A DNA stretch of 57,333 nucleotides, filler included, from Catajapyx aquilonaris (Eukaryota): the NCBI GenBank assembly GCA_000934665.2. It is 3 parts of 3 records of this genome, joined end to end, with 100 filler letters (N's around TTAATTAATTAA, not from the genome) between each part and the next. Parts side by side here need not be neighbours in the genome. Positions count along the whole stretch, not along the records: positions 38,298 to 57,333 come from KZ539552.1; 2 more parts are not named here. One strand, written 5' to 3'. The notes beneath the pieces are model-generated. The model was not told the DNA's origin and did no database searches. It worked only from the letters and a program-made list of their open reading frames with translations. A program made the translations under genes and the position numbers. How positions within the stretch are numbered: position 1 is the first letter of the stretch; every line of letters starts with the position of its first letter. This document shows, piece by piece, positions 49,863 to 57,333 of the stretch.

Positions 49863-50133
49863 ATGGATACCCGCCCGTTATAAGCCTCCTTGGACTTTTT
49901 AGGGGATCATCTTTTAATAGACTGACTTTATTAATCATTGCCTTTGATGTGATGGATTTCGATTGTGGGGGGAAATAACGGCAGAACCCCGAGAAAACCC
50001 ACGCGAACACGCGGAGAGAACCCATCTAAACTTTATGCACATAAGTATCCTCTGTCCGACCCGGGGATCGAACAAGAGACCTCAGAGGTGGAAGGCTGTG
50101 GCGCTAACCACTGCGCCATACCGTGTCGCCCTT
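49863..50133 (-). mobile_element. tRNA-derived SINE, family C (V-domain-like), full length
   Basis: Homologous to 30365. 13-bp TSD AAATACAATAATA at 49850-49862 and 50134-50146. Confidence 0.88.
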
Positions 50134-50264
50134 AAATACAATAATAGGAAATTAAGGCGAGATCACAAAGAAAAACGCATTTTTGAGAGCTTGATTTACC
50201 ACTATACAGGCAGAAAAGGTTTCCGAAGAGCGGCCGCCCTCTGGGCGGCCATAACTTTCCATAT

Positions 50265-50384
50265 CCTCCTGAGACCTGATGTCCAATATATTGGACATCA
50301 GCGGAAAAAAATGGCGTCAATTTCAGTTGACACCTTTTTTTTTTTGGCTGATGTCCAATATATTGGACATCAGGTCTCAGGAGG
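50265..50384. mobile_element. Small piggyBac-like MITE flanked by ATAT
   Basis: ATAT|CCTCCTGAGACC...GGTCTCAGGAGG|ATAT. Each arm includes the palindrome CTGATGTCCAATATATTGGACATCAG. Confidence 0.75.
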
Positions 50385-52340
50385 ATATAATATTTTAAAA
50401 TTAAATTAAATTAAATGAAGGAAATAACAATATTTTATATATATATATTTTTTTTAAGCGTCAGACNNNNNNNNNNNNNNNNGGGGGGGGGGGGGGGGCG
50501 TACCTCAAGTGCCTAAGGGCGGCCGGGGGGTAAATCCGGCGCTGATTGACATTGCAATATACTCGTAGTATGGTCTAGGTTCCCCTCTGAATATATAGGC
50601 AACGCCCCAATCGGGCACCATATTAATTATGTCAGTTACAAATTAGGTATTGATGCTGTATTGATGCCACCACTGACAAGCACCAGTGATTGTTTTCAGA
50701 AATACTTCTCCATGGAGAAGAAGAGCAACTGGACATCATCAGCATTGTCTTAGCCATAGTACTATTATTGTTGGTTTTCTTGCATCCTCACCCTTCTACT
50801 GCCCTGGGCCCAGGCGGGTTGGCAATGTCAGAAAAAAGTGAGCGATGCTGGAGTTACGTTACAATAATGCTCACTTATCGGATCCCATTTCTGGACTGAT
50901 TTTTAGGGCAAACTCGATTCTCTACCCACCTAATTTGGTAACATGAGTGGTTAGGAATATTTCCATTATTGGTTAATGGTAGGCTAATTAACTTCAATGA
51001 GGATAAGTTTGTGTTTCTTCCAACCACGCCATGACTCCCGTGTTACCTGCAACATCTGCAACATACTGCAACATCAAATGCAAATGATATACCAGTTACC
51101 AGGTGGAGCCAGTGCTTTTATTGTAGGGCCAGTCTTCCTTAGGTATTAGTTGGCTCCTGCAGATGCAGAGTTGGTGGATCGTCCCAAGGCTCCCAAGTGG
51201 ACATTAGCCCAAGTAGGCCTACTCTATAGGGACAGGGCTGCATGCCCATACCACAAGATGCCCAGGACACTCCCCCAGTGTCCCTTCAAGTATATACTGG
51301 TCAACACATATTGCCAGCGTAAAACATGTGCTTCTGTAGGCTTCTCAACCTCGGGTTTTTCTTACACCTGCTAAATTTTATGCAACACTAATGCTTGATT
51401 ATTAAACAATTTCTTAACCTCCTGACAACCAAAGCAACTTTTCTTACCCTCCTGAATTTTCCTGGTCTTCCCAGTCCTGTACAGTGTAGACTACATCATA
51501 ATGCAGCAGTGAGAGTTTTTGGGGGTCATGAAGACATTGCAAGATGAAAACAAAAAATATGTATATCCTTCCCAGTTGTATTTGATAATTTTTTGTACAA
51601 AACAGTTGATATAATATTAATAATTATGGAAAATAAAGAAGTCCGCTGGCATTTTTTAACTGTGCATATTTTATTTTTGCGAATTTTAATTTGCTGGTAA
51701 TGGAGTCGACTTTGCCTATAACTTATTGTCGGCTGGTTTTTCCTAATTAATTTTAATGAGCTCAATGAAGGCATGGATTGAATAAAGCAATTAGTCTTTG
51801 TGAATGTCCAGTACATGCATTTGAAGGACCCAAACTGCATGTAGCGTGTGGGTGAAGTGATTAGGGCGTCATGCTACTAATCTTGCGGGCGGGTGTTGTG
51901 TCCATAACCACATGGAAATAACAGCATTTGTCAGAACGTGCAACTCCTGTGATTAGTATTTAGCTTCCTATTTCCTATGCTCTTAGGCCCAGTTGAGTGA
52001 TCAATGCAAATCCAGGACAAGTTATTAGTATTCCTCTGTGATAAACACTGATCAACCACTTACTATTGTTATGGGTCTACTGTCAGTCAAGTTACTGGCC
52101 CTTAATGAATTGCAATTTTCAGGCAATACCGGTCCTTTATTTTGAGTCTACCAATGATTTACCTTTGAAACAAAAAAGACTTTATTATAAGAAGCAGCGA
52201 AAATCTAACCCCCAAATTAATGCTCTCTCTGAAGTGGATAGGTCAGGCCCAAGTTGGGAGGCCTGGATGGAAGATGCTCCATGAGATTGATCATCCACCT
52301 GCGTAATACAAACACAATATATTAATACCTCGGAAAAAAA

Positions 52341-53055
52341 TTAGACACGGTTCTGTTGACTAGCCTTTTTCTGCAGTGATTCAATTCCATCCTTAGCAGC
52401 TGATCCTGAATATACCAATTCCTGAAGAGCTTGTATGCCAGAGTCAGTGGTCTTCATGCTGTCATTCAATTCCACAGAACTGACATTAGCAGGAGCTAGA
52501 TCTGGATGAGCAACTGGTTTCTTGAAATGTGAGTCAGCGTGCGACTTCTCAAATTGAGAAATTTTCAATAAATACATCTGAGTGATTTGCAACTCCATGC
52601 TTCTCTGTTCAGATAATGCCTCTGTCCGTTTTGATTCTAGAGAGGCATTATCAGATTCAACCTTCATCAATAATTCTGAGGTGTATTTCAGACGCTGTCG
52701 GTCTTTCTCCGTTTGCATAAGCACCTTGGCAATGTCATGCTCTTTTTTCTAACTGTATGATAGACGCTATATGGTGGGCCATAAATCGGTCCTTCCTCAA
52801 GTTAGAGGACTCCATTTCTGCTGTCGGAAGAGCGTCAGAGGCGATGTACTCTACATCAGCAGCAATCAATAAGTCAAGATTAAAGTTTTTACAACACTGT
52901 ATTGAAACAATACTACATAATAATAAAGAAACAACTTTCAAATCTTGCATTGGATGCAGACTGACAAGGGAAGGCCGTAACGAGGCACTATAGTGCCTCG
53001 TTACGTGGTTGACCTTCGCATCAGAAGTGGCACTTCTGATGCGAAGGTCAACCAC
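52341..53055 (-). pseudogene. Frameshifted coiled-coil-like ORF, possibly decayed non-LTR retrotransposon ORF1
   Basis: ORFs 52735-53055 and 52341-52724 join if one A is removed from the A-run near 52745 (…QLEKEHDIAKVLMQTEKDRQRLK…). Charged, heptad-like composition. Family not recognised. Confidence 0.35.
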
Positions 53056-53377
53056 TTAATGTCGAATAACTGTCCTTATCCGCCATTGGATCGCGGTCAT
53101 ATTATCCTCAACTTGAGCCCCGTACAAAGAGAAACGAAGAAATATATTTGAAAGGTCCCATTTAAGACTGTCAAAATTCATGTGATTTCATGCATAACTT
53201 CACATTCAGAATGTAACACATTTAAGTGCGATTAATTTTACCAGTTCAGGTTCCATGTCAAAATTAATCTCAGATTCCGAAAATTTGGTTCTTTCGGATT
53301 CCAACGATGTATCACTCAATGCCACCACGTAATTTTCAAATTTTGTCACAGGTGTTTACTTTTTCGTGAAATTGCTC

Positions 53378-53508
53378 TGCAGCCAGTTGACCCGCAGCCA
53401 AATGGCACAACAGCCAGTTGACCTGCGGCCAGTTGCCAGGCAGCCAGTTGACACGACAGCCAGTAATGTTGACCTGCGGTCAGTTATTGTCTGACAGCCA
53501 GTTGTCGT
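53378..53508. repeat. Degenerate CAGCCAGTTG(A)C repeat cluster
   Basis: Multiple imperfect copies with short variable spacing. Probably subterminal repeats of a transposon. Confidence 0.7.
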
Positions 53509-54105
53509 AGATTCTACCCAACATAATTACATAAGACAATAGGCCTAAACTGATACAATATGGGCCAACAATCATATCGGCCAGTGGTTCCCAAACATTT
53601 TGTCCCATGGAGCCCGCTTTGCGAAAAAATTTGACAGCGGAGCCCCTGACATCCCCCCCTGACATCCCATAATGTGGTAGTTACCTTTGCAATAATATTA
53701 TGGCTACACAATGTTGGCACATGGAGCATAATTATTGCATGTGTATGAAGTCCAAACAACACACTACGGATGTCAGATTGTAAGAAAATACACGATACAC
53801 ATTAAAAATCCAGCAGCAAAAGTATGTAATGAAAAATTGAAGGTTGTGCAGTAAATGTAGAATAGCATTGAAAGACCGGCACCTCTCTTAGTCATTCCCC
53901 AACCCCAAAATGGCCAATCTGGCCAGGGTGACTGTGCCAGCAGGCAGCTATGGGGTCACTAGAGAACTCAAGGCCCACCACAAGGTCATCAATGAGCTTT
54001 TTAAATTTTTCTTGATTTGAAGAAAAATGAATGTGAATGAAATGGCATGGTTCTAATCTGCGGTGGTGTGATGAATTAGGATGTAAGGAAGCACGGCTGT
54101 AGAAG

Positions 54106-54423
54106 ACTCAGGTTAGGTCACTCCCCACCCACCCCCTGCCGAAGGATTACGCACCGGGTGCTCACTTGAGAGCGCCACGAGACATTTCCTAAGGCTATCA
54201 TGTGGCGACCCTACCGGACTAAGGCTGAACTTTATAGGTACGAAAGGGGGGCCCAACATGGCCGCCGGCGGCCATGTTGGGCCCCCCAATGTAGCCCTCC
54301 CCTTTCGTACCTATAAAGTTCATCCTTAGTCCGGTAGGGTCGCCACATGATAGCCTTGGGAAATGTCTCGTGGCGCTCTCAAGGGAGCACCCGGTGCGTA
54401 ATCCCTCGGCAGGTGATAAGCCC
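54106..54423. mobile_element. Asymmetric hairpin element, copy 2 (unclassified)
   Basis: Same leader ACTCAGG...CCCACCCACCCC and hairpin body as 22320. Flanked by AGAAG direct repeats. Confidence 0.75.
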
Positions 54424-54679
54424 AGAAGATAAGGGGTAGTGTCCGTGGGCTGTAAGGAAGTGAGCGTGAAAGAGTAGTGTCAGGAAGAGCGAGAGAGTAT
54501 AGTAGACAGCGTAGTAGAGTTGTAGTAGAGTGTAGTAGAGAGTGTAGTAGCCAAGGTATCATGAAGTAATGATCAGCCCAGGGCTTCGGTGTAGACAATG
54601 TTCTTAGTTTTCCCATCTGGTGCATAAACATAGAGACTTTTGGCTGTCATGGTTTTTGGCTGTCAGGCAGGCGACCCAC

Positions 54680-55205
54680 TGTTAGGGCTTCCCACACGTG
54701 ACGCTCCAACATATACAACTGTCTGTGAGAGAAGCAGGGCTCTTCCAGTTGCAGCCCAGCCACCTTCAAAGTTTTCCCCTGAGACTTGTTGATGGACATG
54801 GCAAAGCTGAGCCTTACAGGAAATTGGCGCCTCCTGAACTCAAATGGCAAGTCTGTCGGGATGACTAGAATTCTGGGATGACATGGGGCATAACAGTTTT
54901 CACAGAAAGTCTAGTGCCATTGCAGAGTCGGGGTGGATCCAGGCTGAGAATGAGCATAATGGGAGTACCAATTTCTAAAGTGAGAGAATGAGGTGGGACT
55001 CCAGGAGGTTCTAGTGAATTCAGGAATTCTGTTGGGTAGTGCACCACCTGGGCCTCGTCTGGGACTGTGTCCGCAGACTTGTAGCAGTGCTGGGAAGGAC
55101 CAGTTAGTTGGCAGAAGTTGGTTGAGGAGTTGTGCGTTGATAAGATCATTGACGGAGTTGTTTTTCGGAGCTAATATTGCTCTCTCACACACAACCAACT
55201 GTGTC
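54680..55205 (-). pseudogene. Helitron RepHel PIF1-helicase fragment
   Basis: ERAILAPKN...YPTEFLNSLEPPGVPPHSLTL...LCNGTRL...RRQFPVRLSFAMSINKSQG...CFSHRQLY across frameshifts. Confidence 0.9.
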
Positions 55206-55212
55206 TGTGGTT

Positions 55213-55443
55213 ATTTCCTATTATTTTACATTGTGACCAACCAAGCTCACGATTTTCTTCGACTTAATATAGAGAACTTCGACTTAGGGCCGGTTTCACC
55301 GAGCTTGGTATATGATAAAACCAGGTTTCTTTAGGAAAATCCATACAAATAGATAGGGATTTTGAGAAATACCCTGGTTTTATCATATACTGAGCTCGGT
55401 GAAACCGGCCCTTAGGGAAGTTCGACTTATAGAAGTTTTACTG
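55213..55443. mobile_element. 3' fragment of the pogo/Tigger-like MITE family (14794)
   Basis: Matches 15293-15391, ends GTTTTACTG|TA, and carries an insertion. Confidence 0.8.
55287..55411. mobile_element. PIF/Harbinger-type MITE
   Basis: TTA|GGGCCGGTTTCACCGAGCT...AGCTCGGTGAAACCGGCCC|TTA. Empty site visible near 15360. Confidence 0.9.
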
Positions 55444-55553
55444 TAGGCTATATATTTTGTGGCGAAACGGACAGTTAATAGGAAAAATCACGACGAAGGT
55501 GCCCTGCGCAAAGGTTTGGCCTTTACTATGGTACCATACTCAATATATGATTG

Positions 55554-55854
55554 ACCGAAGCAGTCGTGGTGTAGTGGTATGGTGTCCGACTGCTAATCGG
55601 GTGGTCCTGGGTTCGAATCCCGGAGGCCGGCGACCCTGATCATGGTTTTCTGTGGTTTCCCATGGTCCCCGCAGGATAATTCCGGGGTCGTTACCGTAAT
55701 TATAGGCCACAGCCGCTTCCTTCCTTACCTATCCTTGCCTCAATTCCGATGAAAAGTATAGTAAAAATGGAAAGAGTTCCAGACAAAAAAATTGGGAGAA
55801 ATCCCCCCCCCCCCTAATAAAGCCTAAAGGGCTGATAATGGGGTATCAATTATT
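55554..55854 (+). mobile_element. tRNA-derived SINE, family D
   Basis: A-box GTGGTGTAGTGG, B-box GGTTCGAATCCC, body GGTTTTCTGTGGTTTCCC...GGCCACAGCCGCTTCCTTCC. Flanked by ATACTCAATAT(AT)GATTG. Confidence 0.8.
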
Positions 55855-56568
55855 ATACTCAATATGATTGCTTTAAAATTGTGGACATACGGGCGCAGAA
55901 GCGTTCCCGACTTTGTCGCGTTCCTGCCGTCATGTTATTCAAATGGGCTTTTCGGGAACGCCATTTTCCTTTCACTTCAACTCGATGAAAAGGTCACTTC
56001 TAGGCCTAAAATGGTAAAATGACGACGAAGGTGCCCTGCGCCAGATCATGTCCTATTTTTTGGTGAAATTTTTGTGTCCATTGTTCCATTTTTGCGGCCG
56101 TATGGCCGCAGAAGCGTAGACATGTCGAATCTCAATATGCTGTCCATGCATACGCGAGTTTGTTTACGTGGTCGCCAAGGGCTCGCATTGTTACCGATTG
56201 TTACCGTATTTTTTTACTAATGCGCCCCCTTAAGCATACAACAATTCCATTCCAAGAAGCATTTCAAAAAGCAATTTTTGAAATTGACCTCGAAATACAG
56301 TTATGGGCAGGGTATGCCCATTATACTGTAAAGTGATGGTTTTGATCCACACAGTTATGGGCCACCCCCTTCCCCTCATGCTATCTACAATGACTCATCA
56401 TTATCTACAAAATATGAAAGTATGGAGTCTACCCTAGTCATGCAAATCGACATCGGCAACCTGGAGTGACGAAGACCCTTGTAACTTGTCACTAGCTGCA
56501 GTGCTGCTCCTTAGTCCTTAGGCCTACCAATAACTACTTAAGGAAGCGGCCATATTGGAAGTGACTCA

Positions 56569-56719
56569 GGGGCATTTTCTCGACCAGTGGTTCAAATGTA
56601 AACCCGGTTCAAAGCCGATTTAAATCCTTGACAACAGCCTAACAACAATCAAATCAGGGATTAAACTGGCTTTGAACCTGGTTTACATTTGAACCACGTA
56701 CTGTTCGAGAAAACGGCCC
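56569..56719. mobile_element. PIF/Harbinger-like fold-back MITE
   Basis: TCA|GGGGCATTTTCTCGA...TCGAGAAAACGGCCC|TCA. Confidence 0.7.
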
Positions 56720-57333
56720 TCAGAGACGTGAGGCTCTGGCGACCTTGATGGCGGTCCGACAGGGGGAAAAAATTAATATAACCAACGTTCGTCCAACAAT
56801 GCAGTGCAGCCACCCATGGGCGAAAATGATCACTACTTACACTACACGCCTTAATATAAATAAGATTACTGTAAGTGGCTCATTACTGTATGGTGGCCCG
56901 TAACTGTATGGTTTACCTTACTTACTCGTATAAGGTGGAAATGAAGCTAGAGTCACTTAATGAGAATTTTATGAAAAAAACATATGTTACGCAGTTTAAT
57001 GTCCTCTTATCAATGGTGCAAAGAAAAATACACGTCACCGTGCAAATTAGCGAACTGGAGGGCTCAGAAGTTCGCGATTTAACATGGGGCCCTTATGGCA
57101 GAATTTTCAATAGTGTAATGGGGTTTCCCATTGGACATTTGACTCCCCCATTTGTATTGTGTTGCTTGGCCACTACGGTGAGAGATTGTATCAGTTAGAA
57201 AGAAACCAACCACCGGAGATAGCGGGTGTTGACCTATACCGCTGTATTCTGTATTTATTTTGACCGTTCCGCACGGTGTTTGTCAATTGGAACAATAGAC
57301 TTTCTCCACTGTGACTTTGTTTTGGAACCTTCT

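Noticed and set aside
53378..53508. Repeat-spacer array
   Set aside because: The repeats are about 10-12 bp and degenerate with very short spacers, more consistent with TE subterminal repeats.

Overview
Eukaryotic (arthropod-like, probably insect) draft genomic DNA, not a prokaryotic window. It consists of three segments joined by N-padded TTAATTAATTAA linkers (19045-19143 and 38198-38297). Three partial intron-containing genes are readable: internal LRR exons of an FBXL2/FBXL20-type F-box/LRR gene (+), the last three exons of a CMTR1-like cap1 methyltransferase gene (+), and five exons of a MINPP1-like histidine phosphatase gene (-, RHGTRYP motif). Each gene loses its remaining exons at a linker. 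Most other sequence is transposon-derived: many fold-back MITEs (Tc1/mariner, pogo-type, PIF/Harbinger, hAT, piggyBac-like), a decayed Tc1 with long TIRs, mariner relics, a Merlin (IS1595-like) transposase relic split by a solo LTR, a Helitron helicase fragment, and four tRNA-derived SINE families. The most unusual items are an unclassified asymmetric hairpin element flanked by 5-bp AGAA(T/G) direct repeats (two copies), a 3.3-kb fold-back element with ~1.1-kb arms, SINEs with different bodies but a shared 3' stem-loop (one family with a V-domain-like core), and abutting perfect palindromes inside a frameshifted coiled-coil-like ORF. I see no direct evidence of a complete novel protein-coding system. 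All family assignments come from motif recognition by eye, with no database search.
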